Shown here: positions 38,395 through 47,505 of the stretch, in pieces
How the letters are laid out: each line of letters starts with the position of its first letter
How positions within the stretch are numbered: the first letter of the stretch is position 1
Origin: an uncultured Verrucomicrobiae bacterium
Lineage (GTDB): Bacteria; Verrucomicrobiota; Verrucomicrobiia; Palsa-1439
NCBI GenBank assembly: GCA_963812605.1
Contig: CAWEWF010000001.1
Span: 448,001 to 512,000 of the forward strand
Reading direction: 5' to 3'
DNA: 64,000 bases
Translations under genes and position numbers: made by a program
The notes under the pieces: generated by a model
What the model was told of the DNA's origin: nothing
What the model saw: the letters and a program-made list of their open reading frames with translations, nothing else
Databases searched by the model: none

Positions 38395-40625
38395 GCGAAC
38401 GCGTCGTGGTGACCGGTATTGGCGCCGTGACCCCGTTAGGCCTGGATTTTCCGGCAACCTGGCGGCGGTTGGTGTCGGGCGAACAAGCAGCCGCGCCTGT
38501 CACTCTGTTTGATGTTGCCGGCTGTCGCTGCAAACTCGCCGCGACGGCGCAATTGCCCGATCTTCCCAATCTCACTCCCAAAGAGCTGTCACGCCTCCCG
38601 CGGGCCAGCCGTCTCGCATTGCCCGCGGCGCAAGAAGCGCTGGCGAACGCTCGATTACTGAACGATCAAGGGCAATCGCGCCTGCCGCACCTGGCCCTTT
38701 CCGTCAGCACCACCGGCGGCGGCATGGCGCTGGGCGAACAGTTTCTGCGGGCCATGCTCACGCAACAACGGGTTGCGCGGCAGTTCTTCCCGGTTGCGCG
38801 TTATCAGGCGCAAAACCAGGCGCATGATCTCCATGAGTACCTCGGCTTTCGCGGGCCAATGACGATTGTCGCGAATGCCTGCGCCAGCGGCGCCAATGCG
38901 ATCGGCCACGGCGCGGATTTGATTCGTTCCGGTGTCGCGGATTGCGTTCTAGTGGGCGGCTTTGAAGCGTTGACCGAGTTGATCTTTGTCGGTTTCGATT
39001 GTTTGCAGGCCATGAGTCCCGAGCGCTGCCGGCCGTTTGACATGGCGCGCAATGGTTTGATGCTCGGCGAAGCGGCAGCGTTTGCGGTGCTGGAGTCGGA
39101 GTCGCACGCCCACGCGCGCGGCGCAAACATCCTGTGCGAACTGGCGGGTTATGGGCACGGAACCGATTTGCATCATTTGACGCAACCGCATCCCGGTGGA
39201 GTTGCCGCCGTGGCGGCAATGCGCCAGGCCATCGCCGAAGCCGGCGGCAACGCGTCCGACATCGTTTACATAAACGCACACGGCACCGGCACGCCGCTTA
39301 ACGACACGAGCGAAGGCGCGGCGTTTACGGCGGTGTTTGGCGAGGACGGCGCAATTCCTTCGCATCTGCGCATCAGTTCCACAAAAGCCGCGATTGGTCA
39401 TACCCTCGGCGCGGCGGGCAGTATTGAAGCCTTGTTTGCGATGGCGGCGTTGGAGTCGGGACAATTGCCGCCCAACCTGAATGTCCGGCAACCGGAGCCG
39501 GCAGTGGCCGCGAACCTTGTGACGACGGGAGAACAACAAGCCGGAATGGCGGCGACATTGACCGTGAATCTCGGGTTTGGCGGTTCGAACGCGGCGCTGG
39601 TTTTCAAGCGGTACGATCAAGGCACTCGCCGCCGAACGCATGGCGGCCCCCGATCACCGCAGGAACTGGCCATTTGCGGAATGGGCGCGGTGTTGCCAGC
39701 GGAAACGCCGCAACACATGAAGGGATTGCACACGGCGACGGGTGAGCACACGGTGCTTTGCGTGGACAGAACCCGGGAACCCCTGGCGGCCTTGCAGAAC
39801 GAATCGCGAGTGCGGCGGGCCGGTCCGATCACCCTCTATATGCTGGCTGCGGCGCAACAGGCGTTGGCCGCGAGTCCGTCGATCCCGCGTGACCGTCTGG
39901 GGATCGTCGCGACCTTCAATACGGGCGCGGTGGTCTCCACGCGACGGTTCTTTGATGGCGTCGTCAAGGCCGGGCAACGGTTTGCCAGTCCCAACGTGTT
40001 TCCCGAGACGGTCTTCAATTCACCAACCAGCCATGTAGCGGCAGTGCTCGGAGTGACTGGACCATGCTCTTCGCTTGTCGGGGACAACACGGCATGGGTC
40101 AATGGAATCAGTGTGGCGGCGACCTGGCTGGCGAACGGATTGGTGGAACACGCGCTGGTGATCGGCGCGGAGGAACTCGATCCCATCGCGGTTGACGCCT
40201 ACCAGCGCGCGGGTTGGCTCTCACCGCCGGTGCGGACGGGTTTTGTGCCGAGCGAAGGCGCCGGTGCGTTGCTTTTGGGGCGGCCGAAATCCGGAGAAGA
40301 ATTGCGTATCGCGCAATGGACGGAAGGTTTCACGTACCGCAGACGAGCTGATGCGTTGTCATCGGCGCGGGAATGCCTCGCGCAGTTTCCAGCGGACGTC
40401 CTGCGTTGTCGCAACGCGCCCCACAACTGGTTTCACCGCGTCGAAGAACAGTTGCCCGGTGGGAAACCGTTGCCATTGCCCTATCGCGGCGAGGCGTTTG
40501 TGGCGTCCGCCGCCTGGAGCACGATCGACGCGGCGGAAATAGCGCGGCGCGAGGGACGCAGGATTTTACTGCCCATCTGGGGCTTGAGCGGGCAATGTTC
40601 CGCTTTGCTTTTGGCCGACGGATGA
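38391..40625 (+). CDS. Fused beta-ketoacyl-ACP synthase plus degenerate second KS (chain-length-factor-like) domain
   Basis: Domain 1: NACASG, HGTGT, GHTLGAAG, NLGFGGSN; domain 2: SPNVFPETVFN...SLVGDNTAW lacks the catalytic Cys. Confidence 0.88.
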   Translation: MSERVVVTGIGAVTPLGLDFPATWRRLVSGEQAAAPVTLFDVAGCRCKLAATAQLPDLPNLTPKELSRLPRASRLALPAAQEALANARLLNDQGQSRLPHLALSVSTTGGGMALGEQFLRAMLTQQRVARQFFPVARYQAQNQAHDLHEYLGFRGPMTIVANACASGANAIGHGADLIRSGVADCVLVGGFEALTELIFVGFDCLQAMSPERCRPFDMARNGLMLGEAAAFAVLESESHAHARGANILCELAGYGHGTDLHHLTQPHPGGVAAVAAMRQAIAEAGGNASDIVYINAHGTGTPLNDTSEGAAFTAVFGEDGAIPSHLRISSTKAAIGHTLGAAGSIEALFAMAALESGQLPPNLNVRQPEPAVAANLVTTGEQQAGMAATLTVNLGFGGSNAALVFKRYDQGTRRRTHGGPRSPQELAICGMGAVLPAETPQHMKGLHTATGEHTVLCVDRTREPLAALQNESRVRRAGPITLYMLAAAQQALAASPSIPRDRLGIVATFNTGAVVSTRRFFDGVVKAGQRFASPNVFPETVFNSPTSHVAAVLGVTGPCSSLVGDNTAWVNGISVAATWLANGLVEHALVIGAEELDPIAVDAYQRAGWLSPPVRTGFVPSEGAGALLLGRPKSGEELRIAQWTEGFTYRRRADALSSARECLAQFPADVLRCRNAPHNWFHRVEEQLPGGKPLPLPYRGEAFVASAAWSTIDAAEIARREGRRILLPIWGLSGQCSALLLADG

Positions 40626-40653
40626 CCTAAGTAATTGATAGAGGATAGGGCAC

Positions 40654-40923
40654 ATGGCTGAAGTCTCACTGGATGAATTGAAGAAACTGGTCGTCGAGAA
40701 CTGCGTCCTGAAAATCAAACCCGAAGAAATCGGGGAGGGGACGCCGTTGTTCGGGCCGGGCAGCGTCGGGCTGGACTCGCTGGACGCGCTGCAATTGACG
40801 GTGGCCATCGAGCAGCAATATGGGATTGTGATCAACGACGCGCAAGTGGCGCGGCAGGCGTTGCAATCCCTCGGCGCACTGCGTCTGTGGTTGGCGCAAC
40901 AAGCCGGGCCCGGTGCCAAGTAA
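40654..40923 (+). CDS. Acyl carrier protein
   Basis: LFG...GLDSLDALQL, acidic, 89 aa. Confidence 0.93.
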   Translation: MAEVSLDELKKLVVENCVLKIKPEEIGEGTPLFGPGSVGLDSLDALQLTVAIEQQYGIVINDAQVARQALQSLGALRLWLAQQAGPGAK

Positions 40924-40935
40924 CCGTGAGCGTTT

Positions 40936-42192
40936 ATGAATGGTCCGTCTGTCTACGACACAATCATTATCGGCGGCGGCCCCGGTGGCAGCACGGCGGG
41001 CGCATTTCTGGCGAAGGCGGGGCAGCGGGTGCTGGTGCTGGAGCGCGAGGTTTTCCCGCGCTTTCACATCGGTGAATCGCTCCTGCCGTTTGGGAACGAC
41101 GTGCTCAAGGAAACCGGCGCGTGGCCGAAGGTGGAAACGGCCGGGTTTCAGCCGAAGTTCGGCGCGGAATTTTTTGTCGGCAACGGTTCGCGCTGGCAAC
41201 GGTTCTGGTTCGCGAACGGCTTGGTGCCGGGTTACGGGCAAACCTTCCAGGTCGAGCGCGCGAGGTTCGACCATGTCCTGCTCGATCATGCCAGCGCGTG
41301 CGGCTGCGAAGTGCGGCAGGGTTGCGCGGCGAAGGAAGTGGCGCGCGAAGGCGATGGCTGGCGCGTCACGCTGGCTGACGGCGAGGTACGCGGGCGCTGG
41401 TTAATCGACGCCAGCGGCCGAGATACCTTTGTCGGACGCACGCTGGGCCTGCCGAAAAACCCCGTCAATATCCCGAAACGCGTGGCTGTCTACGCGCATT
41501 TCAAGGACGCCTATCGCAATCCCGGCGATGCGGAAGGACATATCACGATCGTGCGGCTGGCGGATGGGTGGTTTTGGCTGATTCCGTTGGCGGGCGGCAA
41601 AACCTCGGTTGGCATGGTACGGATGCTTGACGACCTGAAGCAGTTCGGCGGCACGGTCGAGGAATGGTTCACGAAAACGATCGCGGAGAGCAGCGAGTTG
41701 TCGCGGCGCATGAAGGGCGCGCAGCAGATGGGAGAGTTTTACAAGACCTCTGACTACAGTTATCGCTACGCGCAACTGGCCGCGGACCGCGCGCTGTTAA
41801 TCGGCGACGCGGGCGGGTTCATCGACCCGATATTTTCTTCGGGTGTGCACATTGCCACCAAGTCGGGAAAATGGGCGACGGAGTTGATCTTGCGCGCCGA
41901 TGCCCGGGGGCGCGCGCTGACCGCAGGCGAACAACAGCGTTATACGCGGGAAATGCACCGGTTCATGGATATTTATCGCGACATGATCCTGATGTACTAC
42001 GACAACCGCGCCTTCGAGGTGTTCATGAACCCGCAGAACCGCTTCCGCATGGTCCAGACGGTGAACTCGATCCTCGCGGGCAACATGCGTCGTTCCTTCG
42101 ATGTATGGTGGCGGGTGAAGCTCTTTCGCCTGGTCTGTGCGATAAATCGCCGTGTGCGGATTGTGCCGCAACTGGATTACACCGAGACTTGA
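40936..42192 (+). CDS. FAD-dependent halogenase-like oxidoreductase
   Basis: GGGPGG, PRFHIGESL, QPKFG (candidate catalytic Lys), GWFWLIP (WxWxIP), GDAGGFIDPIFSSG. Confidence 0.87.
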   Translation: MNGPSVYDTIIIGGGPGGSTAGAFLAKAGQRVLVLEREVFPRFHIGESLLPFGNDVLKETGAWPKVETAGFQPKFGAEFFVGNGSRWQRFWFANGLVPGYGQTFQVERARFDHVLLDHASACGCEVRQGCAAKEVAREGDGWRVTLADGEVRGRWLIDASGRDTFVGRTLGLPKNPVNIPKRVAVYAHFKDAYRNPGDAEGHITIVRLADGWFWLIPLAGGKTSVGMVRMLDDLKQFGGTVEEWFTKTIAESSELSRRMKGAQQMGEFYKTSDYSYRYAQLAADRALLIGDAGGFIDPIFSSGVHIATKSGKWATELILRADARGRALTAGEQQRYTREMHRFMDIYRDMILMYYDNRAFEVFMNPQNRFRMVQTVNSILAGNMRRSFDVWWRVKLFRLVCAINRRVRIVPQLDYTET

Positions 42193-43097
42193 AACCGCAC
42201 TACTCGCAGACATTTTATCGCGCGTTTTGGTTCAGCCCCGGCGTTACGTTCGCCCGGCTCCTTGGCGTCAAGGGCGCGCGCGCCGTGGGTCGCATGCTGG
42301 CCGAGGCCTATCGGCTGACACATCCGCGGGCGCGGGCGGTCGTGCGCGAGAACCTGGCGCTGCTCTGCGGCCCACAATTGCGCGAACAAACCGTCCGCCG
42401 CACGTTTCGCAATTTTGGCGCGACGCTCGCGGATTATTTTCAACTGGGCGCGCGCGACAAACCGCATGCGCTGGCCCTGATCGAGTCGCGCCGCGGGTTC
42501 GAGCACATCCAGGGGGCGCTGGCCGACGGCAAAGGCGCGCTGCTGGTAACGGTGCACACGGGATTGTTTGAACTGGGCGGGGTATTGATGGAGGAATTTC
42601 GGCTGCCGCTGGTCGTGCTCTCGTTGCCGGAACCAAGCGCGGCGCTAAACCACTGGCGCGCCGCATATCGCCAGGGCTGGAGCGCGGAAACCCTGGAAGT
42701 CGGGACGGACCAATTCAGTTTTGTGGACATCTCGCGCCAACTCGCGCAGGGCAAATGCGTCGCGATGCTCATGGACCGACCGCACGGCAATGGCGACGTG
42801 GTGTTCGCGGATTTTCCCCATGGGCGGGTGCCGTTTTCGACGGGGCCCGTGTGGCTCAGCTTGTTGACGGGCGCGCCTTTGGTGGCGGTGAACATCCTGG
42901 CGACGGAATCGGGCGGCTACGCGCTGGAGGCGCTGCCGCCCCTGCGCTGGCAATGGCGCGGCCCCGACCGCGTCGCGACCGTTCGCGAGTACACGCTCGA
43001 ACTCGCCAACCATTTTCGTGAACCGTTATGCAATCATCCCGACCAATGGTATCAATTCACACCGCTGTCGCGGCTTTCCTCCTCGGCATCGGCCTGA
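42189..43097 (+). CDS. LpxL-like (lysophospholipid/lipid A) acyltransferase
   Basis: GKGALLVTVHTGLFELGG (Hx4E), MLMDR, HPDQWY; TTG start overlaps the halogenase stop. Confidence 0.85.
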   Translation: MKPHYSQTFYRAFWFSPGVTFARLLGVKGARAVGRMLAEAYRLTHPRARAVVRENLALLCGPQLREQTVRRTFRNFGATLADYFQLGARDKPHALALIESRRGFEHIQGALADGKGALLVTVHTGLFELGGVLMEEFRLPLVVLSLPEPSAALNHWRAAYRQGWSAETLEVGTDQFSFVDISRQLAQGKCVAMLMDRPHGNGDVVFADFPHGRVPFSTGPVWLSLLTGAPLVAVNILATESGGYALEALPPLRWQWRGPDRVATVREYTLELANHFREPLCNHPDQWYQFTPLSRLSSSASA

Positions 43098-43672
43098 CCG
43101 CGGCCCGCGCGGACACGAATGCCGAGGCGTTTATCGCGCACCAGGCGGCCACGCAAACGTTTGAAGCCGACCTGCGCCAGGTGTTTCACTGGAGTTTTCC
43201 GCGCAAGCACGTCGAGAGCCTCGGCCACATCAGCTACCAGGCCCCGGATTTTCTCGCGATTGTCCTGACCAATCCCGCGGCGGAACTGGTCCTCGTGCGT
43301 GGGGACGACCTCTATATCCAGCGCGACAAAAAGGCGCCGGCGAAGTACAAGTTGGAGGTGCACAACGGCAAACCGACGCAGAACGTGCAGTTTCTGTTGA
43401 GTTTTTTCCAGAACGGCTGCACGAATTTTGCCGGGCTTTTTGACGCCACTGTCACGCAGAGCAATGATAATCAAACGGTCATGCTCCGGCCCAAACACCC
43501 GGCGCTGATGTTGCCGCTGCGCTCCGTGGAGAATGTCATCGCGTGGCCGTCGTTCGACGTGCGCTCGATGCGGATCGGCTTGATACTGGATAGCTACATT
43601 ACCTACGAGTTTAAGAATCCGCGCCGCAATCAACCGCTCGCTGCTGCCGTCTTCGAGGTGCCGAAATCATGA
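43028..43672 (+). CDS. LolA-like outer-membrane lipoprotein carrier fold protein
   Basis: Signal peptide, TFEADLRQ, SLGHISYQAPD, YEFKNPRRNQPL...F. Confidence 0.72.
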   Translation: MQSSRPMVSIHTAVAAFLLGIGLTAARADTNAEAFIAHQAATQTFEADLRQVFHWSFPRKHVESLGHISYQAPDFLAIVLTNPAAELVLVRGDDLYIQRDKKAPAKYKLEVHNGKPTQNVQFLLSFFQNGCTNFAGLFDATVTQSNDNQTVMLRPKHPALMLPLRSVENVIAWPSFDVRSMRIGLILDSYITYEFKNPRRNQPLAAAVFEVPKS

Positions 43673-44076
43673 GCCTCACACCACACGGTCCCGGTTTTTC
43701 ATTTCTCGATTCGTTTGAAATCATCGAACCACGGAAGCGCGGTCGCGGCCGCAAATGGCTCGACCCGGCCGCGCCGTTTTTCGCCGATCATTTTCCCGGC
43801 AACCCGTTGATGCCCGGCGTGTTGCTCATCGAATGCGCTGCGCAGGCGGCCGGTGTGCTGTGGCGGCCATCGGGCGGGGCCTTTCTCGCTGCCGTGAGCC
43901 AGTTTCGCTTCCGCAAGCCGGTCTTGCCGGATCAAACGTTGGAAATTGAGGTAACACTGGAAAAGGAGATGGGCGCCTTCGCCGAATTCGACGCCGTCTT
44001 GCGCGTCGGCCCAACGGTGGTGACTCAAGGCAAGCTGACGCTGAGCCGAGGGCTATCTTTTACACCAACTGCTTGA
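43669..44076 (+). CDS. FabZ/FabA-like 3-hydroxyacyl-ACP dehydratase
   Basis: FFADHFPGNPLMPGVLLIECAAQ, FRKPVLP. Confidence 0.9.
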   Translation: MSLTPHGPGFSFLDSFEIIEPRKRGRGRKWLDPAAPFFADHFPGNPLMPGVLLIECAAQAAGVLWRPSGGAFLAAVSQFRFRKPVLPDQTLEIEVTLEKEMGAFAEFDAVLRVGPTVVTQGKLTLSRGLSFTPTA

Positions 44077-44542
44077 GTAAGGCATCCAATAGGCGATTAA
44101 GCGAGTCTTGTACTTCTAATGATTCTGGCAATGGGAGACATAAGAAAGTTCTTTTGTATCGTTCGAAACTAAAAATGTCGAGCTCCTGACCGTTCCATTC
44201 AAATTTCATTTTGTCAATCGGCTTGTGATAGAAGCTTACGTAAATGATAGGTTCATTCGGCTTATCGACCGTCCACCAGAAACCGCAGTCAATCACTGTT
44301 TCCTCGTTGCGAGGAGATCGCCCAGAGATTGTTGTTGCGATCCAATATCCGTCATTGCCACCGCCTCCAATACTGGGACGGCGCTCCTGGGGTACCTCGA
44401 CTAAAGGCGACCAATGTTTTTTAGCATCGACAGCTTTACGGAGCGCTTCCCACATTGCGCCTTCAAACGCAGCGACGGTGTTTTTTGCCTCGACGTACTG
44501 CCGCAGACCTTCCTGAAGGAATGGCCTCATTTCGTTTTGCAT
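44060..44542 (-). CDS. Hypothetical protein
   Basis: AT-richer ORF; TAATG coupling to the upstream nuclease-like gene. Confidence 0.6.
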   Translation of the reverse strand: MQNEMRPFLQEGLRQYVEAKNTVAAFEGAMWEALRKAVDAKKHWSPLVEVPQERRPSIGGGGNDGYWIATTISGRSPRNEETVIDCGFWWTVDKPNEPIIYVSFYHKPIDKMKFEWNGQELDIFSFERYKRTFLCLPLPESLEVQDSLNRLLDALLKQLV

Positions 44543-45450
44543 TATTTCTCTCCGTCCTGAACGGCCAAGATATCCAGCCAACTCAATGCCATTTGAAGTT
44601 GGCTCATAGTTGACCAAGTCACTTTCGGTTCCAATAAGCCCAAGAGTTTTTGTTCAATTGCTGCACAATACGTCCAACCCCAAACTTGCCACACCAATGA
44701 CTCCTGGCCTTCCCATAGGCAGCGGCGCAATCCCCGAACAATATCCCTCCACTCAATCAGGTTAATTTCGCAGTCATTTGAAGACGTGCTCGCGACGGCG
44801 TCCCAAGCCGACACCAATTCTTGTGTAAGGAGAATGAAGTGATGCCATTCTCCCTTGGGTCTCAATGCCTCAAGCTTTTTAGCGGTATCAAAAGTTTTGT
44901 CTAATTGCTCGTCCCAGATTTTTACCTCCATATCGGTAAATGCTCCTGATCTCCATTCTACCACGATGTCAGCTCGGCGCTTTCGATCTTCTGTAGGTTC
45001 CTCACGCCATATATCTTTCGGTGACGCAAACGATGCCGGATCGCAATGCATAGATGAGCCGAAGATAGTTTCTGCGAGAACACCAGTGGTTGATGCCTGA
45101 AGCAACCAACCAAGCCAATCAGACCAATCCTCCTCTCGAGATAGGCGGAGTGGGCGAAATTTTTCCATATCGAAAGATGACGGATCACCGCCCAAGGGTT
45201 GTAGTCTCTGTTCCCATCGACGCTTCGCGCAGTCGCAACGAGTTTTGGTTGGCTCGAGTGCGTCACGAGCCTTGTCTCGCATCGATGTAATCGAGTTCCA
45301 TCTTAGATTTCGTACTTGCCACACAGTGAAAGCTTTGAGGAAAGCCCAAGAGGGTAATGCGTTCGCCAGAGGAAGAGGTCGTGGCGCTTGGGAAATGTTT
45401 TTCTCCAGCATGGTACGCAGTGTAAGAACGGTGAGATTTTCCGTCAACAA
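44542..45450 (-). CDS. PD-(D/E)XK nuclease superfamily protein
   Basis: EEDWSDWLGWLL, REE...RRADIVV...MEVKI.DEQL; start uncertain. Confidence 0.72.
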   Translation of the reverse strand: MLTENLTVLTLRTMLEKNISQAPRPLPLANALPSWAFLKAFTVWQVRNLRWNSITSMRDKARDALEPTKTRCDCAKRRWEQRLQPLGGDPSSFDMEKFRPLRLSREEDWSDWLGWLLQASTTGVLAETIFGSSMHCDPASFASPKDIWREEPTEDRKRRADIVVEWRSGAFTDMEVKIWDEQLDKTFDTAKKLEALRPKGEWHHFILLTQELVSAWDAVASTSSNDCEINLIEWRDIVRGLRRCLWEGQESLVWQVWGWTYCAAIEQKLLGLLEPKVTWSTMSQLQMALSWLDILAVQDGEK

Positions 45451-45476
45451 CAGACAGTCGGCGGCTACGACACAAA

Positions 45477-45500
45477 CGCAGGCTAAAGCCCGCGGCTACA
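45477..45500 (-). repeat. GTAG-type REP-like palindrome
   Basis: Minus strand TGTAGCCGCGGGCTTTAGCCTGCG. Confidence 0.55.
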
Positions 45501-45575
45501 ACTTTGTCGAAATTGATTCGCGAAGTGAGAGGGTGAGCCTCTTACTTGAGAGGCTGACGGGGCACTAGCAGATTC

Positions 45576-45866
45576 TCATACGGGGACAAGGTCAATCTTA
45601 AGCTTTCGACCAACAACACGCGCTGCTTTGTCAAGGGTCTGGAGGGTCACGGAGGTGTTGCCCGCGTTCAGCAGGCGATCAACGGCGGCACGGCTCGTGT
45701 TCATTCTTTCAGCCATCGCACTCTTCGAAAGAGCCTGAGCTTCCATGAGCTTTTCGAGCTTGATGGCAATCGCCCGTTTGGCCGCATGGATTTCGACCTC
45801 TTCGTAAATTCCTTCCTTCTTCAGGAAGTCATCGAAATTGCTGCCTCGGTGTTTATTCTTTTTCAT
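45576..45866 (-). CDS. XRE-family HTH antitoxin (HigA-like)
   Basis: HRGSNFDDFL, SKSAMAERMNTSRAAVDRLL...SVTLQTL. Confidence 0.88.
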   Translation of the reverse strand: MKKNKHRGSNFDDFLKKEGIYEEVEIHAAKRAIAIKLEKLMEAQALSKSAMAERMNTSRAAVDRLLNAGNTSVTLQTLDKAARVVGRKLKIDLVPV

Positions 45867-46212
45867 AGCCCCTTACGTAAATTGCCCTGCGCTTTTTCGC
45901 TAGTTTGAGATCGTCATCCGGCGCTTTGCGCGCCTTCTTGATAAAGCCATGCAACAAGATAATTTCTTGCTCGTAAACCGTGAACAACGTCCGCGCGATC
46001 CGATTCTTTAGCGATGACCGCACTTCCCAGACTTGCTGCCCCAGATTGTCAACCAGTGGCTTCCCGATCGGCCAGCTATACTGAACGGTCTTAATATCTT
46101 CACCGATGATCTTTCGGTCTTCTTTTGGGAGATCTTTCAACCATTCACGGACCGGTTCGTTGCCCGCTTCCGTCCTAAAAAACACCACTTGAATCGGCTG
46201 ATCTCTTTCCAC
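45853..46212 (-). CDS. RelE/ParE (HigB/Gp49-like) toxin
   Basis: FFRTEAGNEPVREWL, WEVRSSL, ILLHGFIKK. Confidence 0.9.
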   Translation of the reverse strand: MERDQPIQVVFFRTEAGNEPVREWLKDLPKEDRKIIGEDIKTVQYSWPIGKPLVDNLGQQVWEVRSSLKNRIARTLFTVYEQEIILLHGFIKKARKAPDDDLKLAKKRRAIYVRGYEKE

Positions 46213-46221
46213 ATCTGCTGT

Positions 46222-46250
46222 AATGTATCAAAAATGATACACTCTGTCAA
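46222..46250 (-). promoter_or_regulatory. TA promoter with overlapping palindromic operator
   Basis: Minus strand TTGACA-17 nt-TACATT-9 nt-GTG; TGTATCA-AAAA-TGATACA palindrome at 46224-46241. Confidence 0.7.
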
Positions 46251-46260
46251 GGCGGACGAA

Positions 46261-47505
46261 TCAAATCACCGCGCTAAGCCGCTCTTTCAGTTCAGCGGTG
46301 TGAAGTTTGCCGCGGTCGGTTCTGGGGAGGGCGGGGGCGAGGAGCCAGGTTTTGGGGAGTTTCCACGTCGGGAGGGTCTTTAGTAATTCTTGTTCGATGT
46401 CGGCGCGGACACGACCAGTTTCGACGGCGGCGGCGAGGTAGTCGTTGCCGCGTTTGTCTTGCAGGACGGTGACCCAGGCGTCGTTGATGCCGCGTAGTTC
46501 GCGCAAGGCGCGTTCGATTTCGGCTGGGGCGACTTTTTTGCCGCCGAGATTGGCGACTTCGCCGCCGCGACCGAGCAGGCGTAGTTCGCCGTAGCGATTC
46601 CATTCGCCGAGATCGGGCAACGTGGCTTTGCCCGCCGGGCTGTTTACTGCGATGCGGCCATCGCGGCGAATCCTGACTTTTACGCCAGCCAGTGGCTTGC
46701 CGACACTGCGGCCGCTCAATGTCGCGGTGCCAATGCGGTCGTAGCAGATGCCGCCGGTTTCAGACGAACCGTAAAAATTGTGGATCTTAATGCCGAACCG
46801 CCGGTGGAATTGTTGCGCCACTTCCGCCGTTAATGGTGCGCCCGCGGAAATCACCAACCGCAAACTCGGCGGTTTGGTTGCGCCTTCCAATTGTGCCAGC
46901 GCGCGCAGGATCGCGGGAACGGTCGGCAAGACGGTGACTTCGTGCTCCTCGATCAAGCGCAGGATTTGGCGCGGGACGAACGCCTGCGCGCAAACGACCG
47001 CTATCCCCTGCAACAGCAAGGGCATGACCAGATTGCCCAGTCCGTAGGAATGGCCCAGCGGAATGATGGCGAGGTTGCGGTCGGCGGGGCGAAGGCCCAT
47101 GGTGCGGATGATGTGTTCGCCGTCCGCCCGCAGATTGGCGGCGGAGCAGAAAACACGCTTCAGATCGCCGGTCGTACCCGAGGTAAGCTTCACGCAGCAG
47201 ACCGGGGACTTCCGGCGCGGGCCGAGACGGCGAATGGTTTCGCGTTGTGTTTCCGGGGGCAACGAGATATCGAGTGGGACCGCGGCGGCGCCAATTTTCT
47301 GGATGGCAAGAAAGGTAGCTAGCCAGAGGGCGGTGTTCGGTTGACAGATGGGCACGTAGGGGCCGCGAAACATTGTAACCAGATGTTCGGCTTCCGCGGT
47401 GAGTTGGGCCGCGGACCACGCGCGGCCGGTGTCGGCGTCGATCACCACCGGTTTTTCAGCGCAGCGCGCGGCGGTGGCCTGCCACAATGCCCAGAGCGAG
47501 GTCAT
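46261..47505 (-). CDS. AMP-binding (class I adenylate-forming) enzyme
   Basis: LTSGTTGDLK, PLGHSYG, ISAGAPL, FYGSSETGG, LPRTDRGK. Confidence 0.9.
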   Translation of the reverse strand: MTSLWALWQATAARCAEKPVVIDADTGRAWSAAQLTAEAEHLVTMFRGPYVPICQPNTALWLATFLAIQKIGAAAVPLDISLPPETQRETIRRLGPRRKSPVCCVKLTSGTTGDLKRVFCSAANLRADGEHIIRTMGLRPADRNLAIIPLGHSYGLGNLVMPLLLQGIAVVCAQAFVPRQILRLIEEHEVTVLPTVPAILRALAQLEGATKPPSLRLVISAGAPLTAEVAQQFHRRFGIKIHNFYGSSETGGICYDRIGTATLSGRSVGKPLAGVKVRIRRDGRIAVNSPAGKATLPDLGEWNRYGELRLLGRGGEVANLGGKKVAPAEIERALRELRGINDAWVTVLQDKRGNDYLAAAVETGRVRADIEQELLKTLPTWKLPKTWLLAPALPRTDRGKLHTAELKERLSAVI

